This document shows positions 53,930 to 63,765 of a DNA stretch of 64,000 bases, one piece after another. A program made the position numbers and the translations under genes. This DNA comes from Gammaproteobacteria bacterium (GTDB taxonomy: Bacteria > Pseudomonadota > Gammaproteobacteria > Steroidobacterales > Steroidobacteraceae), in the NCBI GenBank assembly GCA_025358295.1, contig JANYJY010000010.1:25913-89912 (forward strand), written 5' to 3'. Position 1 is the first letter of the stretch; the number at the start of each line of letters is the position of its first letter. A model generated the notes under the pieces. It saw nothing but the letters and a program-made list of their open reading frames with translations, made no database searches and was not told the origin of the DNA.

Positions 53930-56900
53930 TTATATGTTCCGGGCCGCGCCAAAACCGCCGCCGCCCGGCGTGCACACGACAAAGACATCGCCGGGCTGCA
54001 TGGCCACCTCGGCAAGGTGCCCGAGCCGCTCCAGCCGCCCGTCCCGCCTCTCGACCCAATTCTCGCCCACTGCGCCGGATCCTCCGCCCTCCAGACCGAA
54101 TGCCCCATGGACCCGGCCATTGCTAAGGATGGAGGCGGTCATGGCCTGCAAGAATCGGATGCGCCGAATTCCGCCCTCTCCTCCCGGCATCAATCCGGGT
54201 CCACCCGAGCCCCGCCGAATCTCATAGGACTCCAGTCGCACGGGGAAGCGAAATTCCAGAACCTCCGGGTCGGTCAGGCGTGAATTCGTCATATGTGTTT
54301 GGACCACGTCGGTACCGACAAATTCAGGCCCCGCGCCCGAACCGCCGGCGATGGTCTCGTAGTACTGATACTGCGCATTGCCAAAGGTGAAGTTATTCAT
54401 GGTGCATTGACTCGCGGCCATGACACCGAGGGCCCCGAACAGAGCATTGGTCACGCAGGTCGATGTCTCGACATTGCCGGCGACCACCGCGGCCGGAAAT
54501 TGCGGATTGAGCATGCAGCCATCGGGCAGGATTATCTGCAAGGGCTTCAGGCACCCGGCATTCAGTGGAATGTCGTCATTCACCAAGGTGCGGAACACAT
54601 ATAGAACGGCCGCCGTGGTAACCGCCCGTGGCGCATTGAAATTATTATCGAGCTGCGCACTGGTGCCGCCGAAATCGATGCAGGCGGTGCGTCTGAGCGT
54701 ATCGACCCGCACGCCGACCTGGATGCGGGCCCCATTGTCCAATGGCAGAGTGAACTCCCCATCCCTGAGTGCTGTGATCACGCGACGCACCGATTCCTCG
54801 GCGTTGTCCTGCACATGCCGCATATAGGCAGTGACGGTGCCGCGGCCATAGTGAGCCACCGTGGACTTAAGCTCTTCGACGCCCTTCTCGTTCGCCGCAA
54901 TTTGCGCGCGCAGGTCAGCCAAATTCTGAGCGGGGTTGCGCGACGGGTGGACGCCAGTCGACAGCAGCTCGCGCAAGGCGCTTTCGCGCAGCGCACCTCG
55001 CTCGACGAGCTTGAAATTATCGATCAACACGCCTTCGTCCCCGATAGTGGTGGAAAACGGCGGCATCGAACCCGGCGTCGTGCCACCGATGTCGGCATGA
55101 TGTCCGCGCGAGGCCACGAAGAAACTCGGCGTGGCGTCGCTCGCATCGAGATACACCGGCGTCACCACGGTCACATCCGGCAGGTGAGTCCCGCCGTGAT
55201 AGGGGTCGTTCAATACATAGACGTCCCCGGCCTGCATGTGCGGATTGCGCGCGATCACCGCACGAATCGACTCGCTCATCGACCCCAAGTGAACCGGCAT
55301 ATGCGGCGCGTTGGCGATCAAGGCACCCTCGGCATCGAACACGGCGCAACTGAAATCCAGACGTTCCTTGATATTGACCGAATAGGCCGTGTTCTGCAGG
55401 CGCAGCCCCATCTGTTCGGCGATGTTCATGAACACATTGTTGAACAACTCCAGCATCACGGGATCGACCTGCGTACCGGCCGCGTGCAGCGTCGCTCGCG
55501 GACGCACGCGCTGCAATTCGAGGCATCCTGCGGCGGTCATCGACGCGCGCCAGCCGGGTTCGACCACCGTGGTCGCATTGCGTTCGGCAAGGATGGCCGG
55601 CCCATCGATGAGCGCACCGGCATGCAGTGCCTCGACTCGAAACAGGCCTGCCGCACGCCTGCCCGACGGCGCTTCATCGGCGAAGCAATACATGTTCAAT
55701 ACGGTGTCGGGCTTAGCTTCAAGATCGGCAGCCGGCAGGCTCGTCGCGCCGAGTGCTGCTGCAGACCCGGCAACGCGGGCCAACGCGGCGCCCGCGGCAA
55801 TGCACTCCACCGACACTGATTCGATCACCAAGGACTGATCGGGCATCAGGAAGGCAAAGCGGCGCCGATAACTGCTTTCAAAATTTCCGCGGATCGCGGC
55901 CAGGGCCTCGGCCGGCTCACCGTCCAGGGGCAGATCGACGTCTAGGGCTGTGTCCGTGCCTTGGTAACGGAGGTGGGCACGCGCAATGACTTGCGGATTT
56001 GCATGCGCCACGCCCTGCGCCTCGAGTTCCGCTTCCGCCTGGGCACTCAGCTCGGCGATTCGCAGCCGCGCCTCCTGCAGCCCCGGCACGTTCAGATCAC
56101 GCTCCACAGCCGTCTGCCGCATGACGATTTGATCGGCAAGCCCCATGCCGTAGGCGGACAGGACGCCAGCCAAGGGATGAATGAATACACAGCTCATGCC
56201 GAGCGCGTCCGCGACCTGGCAGGCATGCTGGCCGCCCGCACCGCCGAAACATTGCAACGTGTAGCCGCTCACATCGTAGCCGCGCATCACTGAAATGCGC
56301 TTCACCGCGTTGGCCATGCTGCCCACCGCAATCTGCAGCGCACCCGCGGCGACATCATCGGGATCGACGGCACGTCCCGCGGCCGCAGTCATGCGCGCCG
56401 CCAGTGCGTCGAAGGACTGCCTCGCAGCCTTTGCATCCAGGCATTCATCGGCCTCAGGGCCGAAGACTCGCGGAAAATAATCCGGCTGAATGCGGCCCAG
56501 CAAGACGTTCGCATCCGTGACGGTCGGCGGCCCGCCGCGTCGATAGCTGGCGGGTCCCGGATTCGCGCCGGCGGACTCCGGCCCCACCCGCAGGCGCGCA
56601 CCGTCGAAACGGATGACGGAGCCGCCGCCGGCCGCGATACTGTGAATGTTCATCATGGGCGCACGCACTCGCACACCCCCCACCGCTGTATCGAAGGCAC
56701 GCTCGTACTCGCCCGCAAAATGACTGACGTCGGTGGAAGTTCCTCCCATGTCGAAGCCGATCACACTGGCATGTCCGGCCGCCTGCGCGGTGCGCGCCAT
56801 CCCGACGATGCCGCCGGCGGGACCGGACAGAATCGCGTCCTTTCCCTGGAAACGATCTGCCCGAGTCAAGCCGCCCGAACTCTGCATAAACAGCAGGGGC

Positions 56901-57598
56901 ACCCCCGGCATCAGCGCCGCCACGCGATCGACATAGCGCCTCAAGATGGGCGACAGATAGGCGTCCACCACCGAGGTATCGCCGCGCGGCACCAGCTTCA
57001 TGAGGGGGCTGACACGATGCGACACGGAGATCTGAGAAAAGCCGATTTCTCGCGCCAAACGTTCGGCAGCGAGTTCGTGCTTAACATAGCGGTAACCATG
57101 CAGAAACACGATGGCGCAGGCACGCAAGCCGGCGCCGAATGCCGCATGCATATCGCGCCGCAGAGCGTACTCGTCGAGCGGCTCGATAATTTCGCCGCCG
57201 GCGCTCACCCGCTCAGCCGCCTCGACCACCCGGTCGTACAACAATTCAGGCAGTACGATATGACGGGCGAACAGCTGCGGCCTCGCCTGAGTGGCGATCC
57301 GCAGCGCATCGCGGAATCCGCGGGTGATGACCAGCAAAGTGCGCTCGCCTTTGCGTTCCAGCAGCGCGTTGGTGGCCACCGTGGTTCCCATTTTCACGCA
57401 GGCTACGCGATTGGCCGTTATCGGCTCCCCAGGCGCCAGTCCCAGAAGCCGGCGGATGCCTTCAACCGCGGCATCGGGATATTGCGACGGATTCTCCGAC
57501 AACAGCTTGCGAGTGTGCACCAAGCCGTCCGGCGCGTGGCCCACGATATCGGTGAACGTCCCGCCCCGATCGACCCAGAATTGCCAGCGTTCGCTCAT
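53930..57598 (-). CDS. Fused hydantoinase A/B - 5-oxoprolinase-like ATP-dependent enzyme
   Basis: About 1222 aa from the ATG at 57598 ([20 protein letters not shown], the OPLAH-type N-terminus). HyuA-like and HyuB-like halves are in one ORF. The start overlaps the MFS stop (ATGA). The listed 53 aa N-terminal extension is Arg/Gly-rich and overlaps the MFS gene. Confidence 0.88.
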   Translation of the reverse strand: MSERWQFWVDRGGTFTDIVGHAPDGLVHTRKLLSENPSQYPDAAVEGIRRLLGLAPGEPITANRVACVKMGTTVATNALLERKGERTLLVITRGFRDALRIATQARPQLFARHIVLPELLYDRVVEAAERVSAGGEIIEPLDEYALRRDMHAAFGAGLRACAIVFLHGYRYVKHELAAERLAREIGFSQISVSHRVSPLMKLVPRGDTSVVDAYLSPILRRYVDRVAALMPGVPLLFMQSSGGLTRADRFQGKDAILSGPAGGIVGMARTAQAAGHASVIGFDMGGTSTDVSHFAGEYERAFDTAVGGVRVRAPMMNIHSIAAGGGSVIRFDGARLRVGPESAGANPGPASYRRGGPPTVTDANVLLGRIQPDYFPRVFGPEADECLDAKAARQSFDALAARMTAAAGRAVDPDDVAAGALQIAVGSMANAVKRISVMRGYDVSGYTLQCFGGAGGQHACQVADALGMSCVFIHPLAGVLSAYGMGLADQIVMRQTAVERDLNVPGLQEARLRIAELSAQAEAELEAQGVAHANPQVIARAHLRYQGTDTALDVDLPLDGEPAEALAAIRGNFESSYRRRFAFLMPDQSLVIESVSVECIAAGAALARVAGSAAALGATSLPAADLEAKPDTVLNMYCFADEAPSGRRAAGLFRVEALHAGALIDGPAILAERNATTVVEPGWRASMTAAGCLELQRVRPRATLHAAGTQVDPVMLELFNNVFMNIAEQMGLRLQNTAYSVNIKERLDFSCAVFDAEGALIANAPHMPVHLGSMSESIRAVIARNPHMQAGDVYVLNDPYHGGTHLPDVTVVTPVYLDASDATPSFFVASRGHHADIGGTTPGSMPPFSTTIGDEGVLIDNFKLVERGALRESALRELLSTGVHPSRNPAQNLADLRAQIAANEKGVEELKSTVAHYGRGTVTAYMRHVQDNAEESVRRVITALRDGEFTLPLDNGARIQVGVRVDTLRRTACIDFGGTSAQLDNNFNAPRAVTTAAVLYVFRTLVNDDIPLNAGCLKPLQIILPDGCMLNPQFPAAVVAGNVETSTCVTNALFGALGVMAASQCTMNNFTFGNAQYQYYETIAGGSGAGPEFVGTDVVQTHMTNSRLTDPEVLEFRFPVRLESYEIRRGSGGPGLMPGGEGGIRRIRFLQAMTASILSNGRVHGAFGLEGGGSGAVGENWVERRDGRLERLGHLAEVAMQPGDVFVVCTPGGGGFGAARNI

Positions 57599-58854
57599 AC
57601 CTGGATGGGTGCGCCGGGCTCCATGCGCACACCCGCTTCGGCGTCGAGCACGCGGCCGCGTGTTTCCGGAAGCGCCCACGCCGCGGCCACAACCAGTGCA
57701 TAGGCGCCGGCCGTCATCGCGCCGATCGACTGAGCGAGCGACACATGGGTGCTCCAAGCGCCGATCAAAGCGGGACAGGCGGCACCGATGGCACGGCCCA
57801 CGCTATAGCAGAATCCCTGGCCGGAGCCGCGCACATTGCTCGGAAAAAGCTCAGAGAAGCAAGCACCCATGCAGGCAAAGATCCCTAACACGAAGAATCC
57901 CAGCGGGAAACCGATCAACAGCATCCCGCCGCTCACCGGCATGCGCAGATAGATCAAAATCAACACGGCCGCACAGCAGGCAAATAAAATGAAGCTGCGC
58001 CGCCGCCCCATGCCATCCGACACCCAGGCGCTCACCCAATATCCCGCCATCGAACCTGCGATGACCATCATCAGATAGCCCGTTCTGTCCGTCGTCGAGA
58101 GGTGCCGCTCGGTCTCGAGAAAAGTCGGCAGCCAGGTGGTGACGGAATAGTAGGCGCCGAGCATGCCGGTGGCGAGCAGAGTCGCCAGAATCGTGGTCGG
58201 CAGCAACGCCGGTCGAAAGATGTCCAGGAAATCGGTCGTCTGAGAGCGCCGCGCGCACATGGCCGAATACACCGCGGGTTCGCGCACATTGCGGCGGATG
58301 TAGATGATCAGCAATGCCGGGAGGATGCCGATCCAAAACAAAACCTTCCACGCCAGTTCCGCGGGCAGCAGCGCGCTGGCCGCCCAGAATGCCAAGGCCG
58401 CCGCCGCCCACCCGACAGACCAGCTGCTTTGGACCAAACCGGATGCCTTGCCGCGATGCCTTGCTTCAATCGTCTCCGCCACTAGCACCGACCCCACGGC
58501 CCATTCGCCGCCGAAACCGAATCCTTGCATGGCGCGGGTAAACAGTAGTTGACCGTAGGAATGCGTGAACCCGCTCAAAAACGTAAACGCGGCAAACCAA
58601 ATCACCGTCACTTGGAGAATCCGTACTCGGCCGAAGCGATCCGCCATGACCCCGGCAGCCCACCCGCCGGCGGAGGAGGTGATCAAGGCGGCGCTGGCAA
58701 TATAGCCGGCCTCCGCCTTACTCATGCCCCAGAGAGTGATCAGGGTCGGAATAATGAAGGTGTAAATGAGAAAGTCGAAGCCATCCAATCCATAACCGGC
58801 AAAGGCGGCCAGCATGGCGCGACGTTCATTTGTATTCGTTTGCTTCAGCCACAT
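57595..58854 (-). CDS. MFS transporter
   Basis: 419 aa with about 12 hydrophobic segments and the loop motif DRFGRVRIL. Confidence 0.85.
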   Translation of the reverse strand: MWLKQTNTNERRAMLAAFAGYGLDGFDFLIYTFIIPTLITLWGMSKAEAGYIASAALITSSAGGWAAGVMADRFGRVRILQVTVIWFAAFTFLSGFTHSYGQLLFTRAMQGFGFGGEWAVGSVLVAETIEARHRGKASGLVQSSWSVGWAAAALAFWAASALLPAELAWKVLFWIGILPALLIIYIRRNVREPAVYSAMCARRSQTTDFLDIFRPALLPTTILATLLATGMLGAYYSVTTWLPTFLETERHLSTTDRTGYLMMVIAGSMAGYWVSAWVSDGMGRRRSFILFACCAAVLILIYLRMPVSGGMLLIGFPLGFFVLGIFACMGACFSELFPSNVRGSGQGFCYSVGRAIGAACPALIGAWSTHVSLAQSIGAMTAGAYALVVAAAWALPETRGRVLDAEAGVRMEPGAPIQV

Positions 58855-58872
58855 GACGAATCTCCCCGCAGG

Positions 58873-59646
58873 TCAGCTTCGAGTACGTATGCGCAAACTG
58901 TCCCAACTGGCATCGGCGATCCAGCCGCCGTCGACCGGCAGACTGACACCGTTGATGAATCCGCTTTGATCTGCATCCAAAAGAAAAGCAATTGTCTCTG
59001 CTACATCCTGCGGGCGCGCGAAACGCGCCATCGGAACGCGATTGACGATATCCGCATCCGAATAGGCGCCACTGCCCTGATCCGCCACGTCCATCTCTGT
59101 CTTGATCCATCCCGGACACACCGCGTTGACGCGCACCCCGCGCCCGCCCCACTCTGCGGCCAGAGTTTTGGTAAGGCCGATAAGTCCGTGCTTGGACGAA
59201 TTGTAAGCGCTGCGATGACTGACGGCGGCAAGTCCGGCAACCGAGGCGACGTTTACGATGCTGCCCTGCCTGCGCGCCAGCATTTGTGCGCCGAGATAGC
59301 GGCACAACAGGAATGGCCCGAACAGATTGATGTTCATCACACGCTGCCATTGAGCGGCGGTGGTCTCCTCGGCCGGCGCGATCAGGCTGATCCCGGCATT
59401 GTTTACCAAGCCGTCGGCCCCGCCTCGCTTACGGCTTATCCATTCCGCCAGTTGTTGAACGAACGGTTCCGAGGACACATCGCCCGACATCCCATCGACT
59501 TGCGCTCCTGTGGCGCGCAACCGATCGACCTGCTCTTCGAGCGGCTTGAGGTCGATCATCGTCACGCAATAACCGCGCTGCGCTAACAGTGTCGCTGTCG
59601 TGAGCCCGACGCCCTGCGCCGCACCGGTAACTACAATGGACTTCAT
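58873..59646 (-). CDS. Short-chain dehydrogenase/reductase
   Basis: 257 aa. Motifs: IVVTGAAQGVGLT, NNAG, YNSSKHG. The start overlaps the upstream MFS stop (ATGA). Confidence 0.88.
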   Translation of the reverse strand: MKSIVVTGAAQGVGLTTATLLAQRGYCVTMIDLKPLEEQVDRLRATGAQVDGMSGDVSSEPFVQQLAEWISRKRGGADGLVNNAGISLIAPAEETTAAQWQRVMNINLFGPFLLCRYLGAQMLARRQGSIVNVASVAGLAAVSHRSAYNSSKHGLIGLTKTLAAEWGGRGVRVNAVCPGWIKTEMDVADQGSGAYSDADIVNRVPMARFARPQDVAETIAFLLDADQSGFINGVSLPVDGGWIADASWDSLRIRTRS

Positions 59647-60938
59647 TCACTCTCCGTTGTTTCATCCACAGAAATTCCCAGCCAGGCTACGGCACTGGCA
59701 AACGCGAAACCGGCACCCAGCACGAATGCGGTCCGCCATAAATGCTCGCCGGATAAATAGCCGATGATGGGAATGCCGATAATGCCGCCCAAATTCCCGC
59801 CGGTGTTCATCGCCCCGCTCACGGCCATGGTTTCCCCCCGCCCCACGGTCATGGCCGCGCCCCAATAGGCGCCCTCGTTGAGTTCAACCGCAGCAAAGCA
59901 GCAGGCAAGCCCCGCCACCGCCCAATAGGGATTAGCCGCGTTGACCGACACCAGCAACAAAGCGCCGGCAATGGGCATCGCAATCAGCGGCACGAGTCGA
60001 TAGCCCCATCGGTTGCCGAGACGCAGGCACAACGCGCTGGTGAGCACACCGCCGATGCCCGCGCCGAGCGCCGCAGCCAATGGCGGTGTGCTGGCCAGCC
60101 AGCCGCTTTCGAGTATGGAAAACTTGCGTTCCTGCACCAGGTAGAGGAATACCCAATTGGAAAGCAAGTAGAAAGAATAATTCAGACAGAGGTAGGAAAT
60201 GCCGAGCAACAGTACATTGCGGTTGGCCAATATCTTCAGAACCTGCTTGGCGCTCACCGTCGCATCGACGGGCGCGATGCTCTCATTGCCGATCTCCGCG
60301 AGTTCCCCGGCGGACACCGACGGATGTTCGCGCGGCGAATTGCGGCCGTACCAGGCCCAGATCGAAATCAACACGACGGCGGGCAGGCTCGACCATAGCA
60401 ATGCCTGCTGCCAGCCGACGGCGGCCATGAGATGAGTGATGAGCGGCGGCGTGAACGCGGCGCCCAGGCTCAAGCCCATGGTTTGCAAGCCCTGCACGAA
60501 GGCCCAACGACGCGGCGGAAACCAGACCTCGAAGACGCCCGCCGAGACCGGGAAAGTAGCGGCCTGCGCGCTCCCGAGCAGCAACTGCAGTATCAGCAAG
60601 ACCGCGAACAGACTCACGCCGCTCAACCAGTAGGGCGCCAGCGGTGTGGCAATGGTGGCCAGAAATGCGGCGCTCCCGATAATGACGAAGGTGCGACGCG
60701 CTCCCACACGTTGCCCGAAGATGCCGCCGGGGAGTTGCAACAGTCCGTAGCCCAGCACGAAGGCCCATTCGATCAGGCTGATTTGAAAATTGCTCAAGCC
60801 CAATTCCGGCATCATATGCGCGGCCGTGACTGTGATGCTCTTCTGCTGCAGATAGGCCACGAAACCAAAGCCGAACAACATGGAAAAGATGCGCCAGCGA
60901 ATGCGCAGCGCCTGAGGGCGTGCCGCGGAGTTCATCAT
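59643..60938 (-). CDS. MFS transporter
   Basis: About 431 aa from the ATG at 60938 (MMNSAARPQALRIRWRIFSMLFGFGFVAYLQ); the listed start 60974 is a TTG. Multiple TM segments and the loop GQRVGARRT. Confidence 0.8.
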   Translation of the reverse strand: MMNSAARPQALRIRWRIFSMLFGFGFVAYLQQKSITVTAAHMMPELGLSNFQISLIEWAFVLGYGLLQLPGGIFGQRVGARRTFVIIGSAAFLATIATPLAPYWLSGVSLFAVLLILQLLLGSAQAATFPVSAGVFEVWFPPRRWAFVQGLQTMGLSLGAAFTPPLITHLMAAVGWQQALLWSSLPAVVLISIWAWYGRNSPREHPSVSAGELAEIGNESIAPVDATVSAKQVLKILANRNVLLLGISYLCLNYSFYLLSNWVFLYLVQERKFSILESGWLASTPPLAAALGAGIGGVLTSALCLRLGNRWGYRLVPLIAMPIAGALLLVSVNAANPYWAVAGLACCFAAVELNEGAYWGAAMTVGRGETMAVSGAMNTGGNLGGIIGIPIIGYLSGEHLWRTAFVLGAGFAFASAVAWLGISVDETTESE

Positions 60939-61159
60939 GACGGCTGAGCAGGCGTTTGCTGCATGTCGAGACAAATCTGCACTGCATAACCCAGCGATAC
61001 CGCCGACTTATCGGCACTGCGCATATCGTCCCTCGGGAAAGCGCTCACGACATACCCCATCGAGACCGCCAGCACAGCGACGGTCGCGAGGATGCCGAGG
61101 GATCTTCCGCGATTTGCGGGCGGTAACGGATCGGGAAGTAAGGAGAGCGACGAGTCCAT
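60935..61159 (-). CDS. Possible small single-pass membrane protein (hypothetical)
   Basis: 74 aa from the ATG at 61159: MDSSLSLLPDPLPPANRGRSLGILATVAVLAVSMGYVVSAFPRDD.... Its TGA overlaps the ATG at 60938 of the MFS gene (ATGA). There is no obvious SD and no recognisable family, so support is weak. Confidence 0.25.
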   Translation of the reverse strand: MDSSLSLLPDPLPPANRGRSLGILATVAVLAVSMGYVVSAFPRDDMRSADKSAVSLGYAVQICLDMQQTPAQPS

Positions 61160-61195
61160 GCGATATATTCGCATATTGCCAGGAGCCGACACGCA

Positions 61196-62521
61196 ATGAA
61201 AAGCCGCCCAAGCGGGTTTGGAATCGAGCAATTGCCGCGAATCGTCCGCGGTGAAGGCAGTTATTTGATCGATGCGGCGGGAAAGCGCTACCTGGACGGT
61301 TCGGGGGGCCCGGCGGTGTTCTGCCTGGGCCATGCTCACCCGGAGGTCAACGCCGCCATCACGCGCCAATTGCAAGACGTCGCCTATGCCTACCGATATC
61401 TGTTCACCAGCTCAGCACTCGAGGAACTGACGGCAACTGTGCTGCGGCTATGCGGCGCCGAATTTCAGGATCTGGTGTTCACGGGCAGCGGCTCGGAGGC
61501 CGTCGAGGCGGCAATGAAGATCGCGCTTCAGTATTTCGCGGCGCGCGGCTTGATGAACAAACGGCATTTCATCGCGCGGCGGCGGTCATGGCACGGCAAT
61601 ACCCTGGGGGCTCTGTCGATATCGGACTTCGCCCAGCGGCGTCGGGCCTTTGAGGGAAGTCTGCTCGACGTCACCTTTGTCTCCGCGGCGAATGCATACC
61701 GGATGCCCGACGGCGTGCGCCGCGAAGATCTCGTCGGGCACCTGGCCGCGGAGCTGGAACACGCCATCGTATCCGTCGGTCCGGAACGCGTGGCGGCCTT
61801 TGTGTTCGAGCCCATCGTGGGGGCGGCGGGCGGCGTCGTGCCCGCACCGGAGGGCTACGCCGTGGCCATCCAAGCCGTGTGCCGCAAATACGACGTTTTG
61901 ATGATCGCCGATGAGGTCATGTGCGGTGCCGGGCGCGCCGGCACCTGGCGCGCGTTGGAGTTTGACGGCATCGTCCCGGATATCATGTGTATTGCCAAGG
62001 GGCTCGCCGGCGGCTACATCCCGCTGGGCGCCGCGGTGGTCACGCGTGCAATCGCCACGCTCATTCACAGCGAGCACGGCGCCTATATGACCGGACACAC
62101 CTTCACCGGTCACACCGCGGCCTGCGCCGCCGGCGTCGCGGTGCAGGACATCCTGCAGCGCGATGGCCTGGTCGACAGGGTCAGGCGCGACGGCGCCGCC
62201 TTGCAGGAATCCCTGCGTGAGGCGCTGGCAAAATTCGACGAGGTCGGCGATGTGCGCGGCCGTGGATTTTTCATCGGTATCGAGCTGGTTAGCGACCGCA
62301 GTACCAAGGCGCCGTTTCCCGCCAAGCGGGCGCTGAGTTTCGATATCGGCGCGCGCGCTTTTGCGGATGGCCTCATATGCTATCCCTGTTCCGGCCATGT
62401 CGACGGCTCGGCAGGCGACACTATCATCATCGCCCCGCCGTACAATGCAGCCGACGCGGAACTGGAGCAGATCATCGCCAAGCTGGTGTCGGCGATCGGC
62501 TCCGCGCTAAGCGGTTCTTGA
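61196..62521 (+). CDS. Class III (omega-) aminotransferase, PLP-dependent
   Basis: 441 aa. Motifs: ...GSYLIDAAGKRYLDGSGGPAVFCLGHAHPEV..., FTGSGSEAVE, ADEVMCG.GR.G, and the Schiff-base region CIAKGLAGGYIPLGA. AGGAG SD. Confidence 0.88.
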   Translation: MKSRPSGFGIEQLPRIVRGEGSYLIDAAGKRYLDGSGGPAVFCLGHAHPEVNAAITRQLQDVAYAYRYLFTSSALEELTATVLRLCGAEFQDLVFTGSGSEAVEAAMKIALQYFAARGLMNKRHFIARRRSWHGNTLGALSISDFAQRRRAFEGSLLDVTFVSAANAYRMPDGVRREDLVGHLAAELEHAIVSVGPERVAAFVFEPIVGAAGGVVPAPEGYAVAIQAVCRKYDVLMIADEVMCGAGRAGTWRALEFDGIVPDIMCIAKGLAGGYIPLGAAVVTRAIATLIHSEHGAYMTGHTFTGHTAACAAGVAVQDILQRDGLVDRVRRDGAALQESLREALAKFDEVGDVRGRGFFIGIELVSDRSTKAPFPAKRALSFDIGARAFADGLICYPCSGHVDGSAGDTIIIAPPYNAADAELEQIIAKLVSAIGSALSGS

Positions 62522-62968
62522 CGGCTCCGTTGCAGATGCATCGACTGCCACGAAAACGCAGCAGTTCGCGCGCTCGGCCAGCGAGGCGCGATGCGGATTG
62601 CCCCACCAAAATCCTCCCGAGGGCTGGGGGTAGTGGCCGAGCACGATGAGATCCACCGCCAATCGTCTTGAGAACGCAATGATCTGTTCGATGATGTTGC
62701 CGCTGGCCAGATAGCCTTCTGCCGACACACCGCGCGCCTTCAGCCACTCCACCGATTCATCCAGCAATTTGCGATAGCCGCCGGCCTCGTCGACCAGGCA
62801 GGCGTGCCCTGCCGCGCCCGCAACCACTGCCGCGCCCACCATACCGCTGGGAATGATCGACAACACATAAACTTGCGCGTTGACCAATATGGCGAGCTCG
62901 GCGCCCCGCTTCAGCGCCCGGCGACCTACTTCGGTGCCGTCATAACAAAGCAGTACTCGCTTGAACAT
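62507..62968 (-). CDS. Universal stress protein (UspA family)
   Basis: 153 aa from the internal ATG at 62968: MFKRVLLCYDGTEVGRRALKRGAELA...DLIVLGH.... The listed longer ORF would overlap the NRDE gene. Confidence 0.75.
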   Translation of the reverse strand: MFKRVLLCYDGTEVGRRALKRGAELAILVNAQVYVLSIIPSGMVGAAVVAGAAGHACLVDEAGGYRKLLDESVEWLKARGVSAEGYLASGNIIEQIIAFSRRLAVDLIVLGHYPQPSGGFWWGNPHRASLAERANCCVFVAVDASATEPSRTA

Positions 62969-62972
62969 AACG

Positions 62973-63734
62973 TCACCCCAGTTCGAACTGCAAGCTGACC
63001 CTGCCAATGTCCGCCCCGACGGAGTTCCAACTCCACTCGTCAAAGTATGCTCGGCCTTGATGCTCAATGCGAATAATTGTTGAGCAGCGTGTCCCGAAAT
63101 CTGGGGCCCGTATAAATGCGCTCGATAGCAGACGTTCCCATTCCAGGCTGACCCCGGTTTGCGGCAATTGCGCGTCGGGGGCCGGCCGCTCATCCCGTAA
63201 TAGCTCGAGCAAGGGGGTCGCGTCGGTCAAATTCTCGAGCGCCGCCTCTACCCGGCTTTTCGCGTACCGGACCTTGGGCCAGGGCGTGTCCAACAAGTGA
63301 TTCGATAGACCATAGACGCCGGGACCGAGTTGCCTGCCGAGGCCGGTCACGCTTTCATAGATCCCGAGCCGCTCACCATCGGAGAAAATCAAGTTGAAGC
63401 CGTTGTAACCTGCGCCTACCTCACGCAGGTACGCCAGGCATTCGTCAACCAGCGCGCCCGACTCGAGCATGGTGGTCACGAGCGCGCCGCGGCTGGGTGC
63501 GTTCAGGCGCTGACGATTGGGATCGCGGTAATTCGTAAGCGCGGCCCATCGGCCGGACCGCGAGATGCCGAGCCAGGTGCCGCCGGCTTGAAGATCGCGT
63601 CCCGCGAGGATAGCCGGCTGCTGCGGCCACCACTCGGCGGCAGCCGTGGGGCGGGCATGAAACTCATCGCGATTCGCCGCCACCACGCAAGCGTACCGAG
63701 GATGCAGGCGCCACGCGACCAGAATCAGACACAT
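62973..63734 (-). CDS. NRDE-family (DUF833 / TANGO2-like) protein
   Basis: 253 aa. Starts MCLILVAW and carries the eponymous AANRDEF motif. Confidence 0.75.
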   Translation of the reverse strand: MCLILVAWRLHPRYACVVAANRDEFHARPTAAAEWWPQQPAILAGRDLQAGGTWLGISRSGRWAALTNYRDPNRQRLNAPSRGALVTTMLESGALVDECLAYLREVGAGYNGFNLIFSDGERLGIYESVTGLGRQLGPGVYGLSNHLLDTPWPKVRYAKSRVEAALENLTDATPLLELLRDERPAPDAQLPQTGVSLEWERLLSSAFIRAPDFGTRCSTIIRIEHQGRAYFDEWSWNSVGADIGRVSLQFELG

Positions 63735-63765
63735 CGAATTCTCTCCCCGTTGCGCCCGGCACCGG

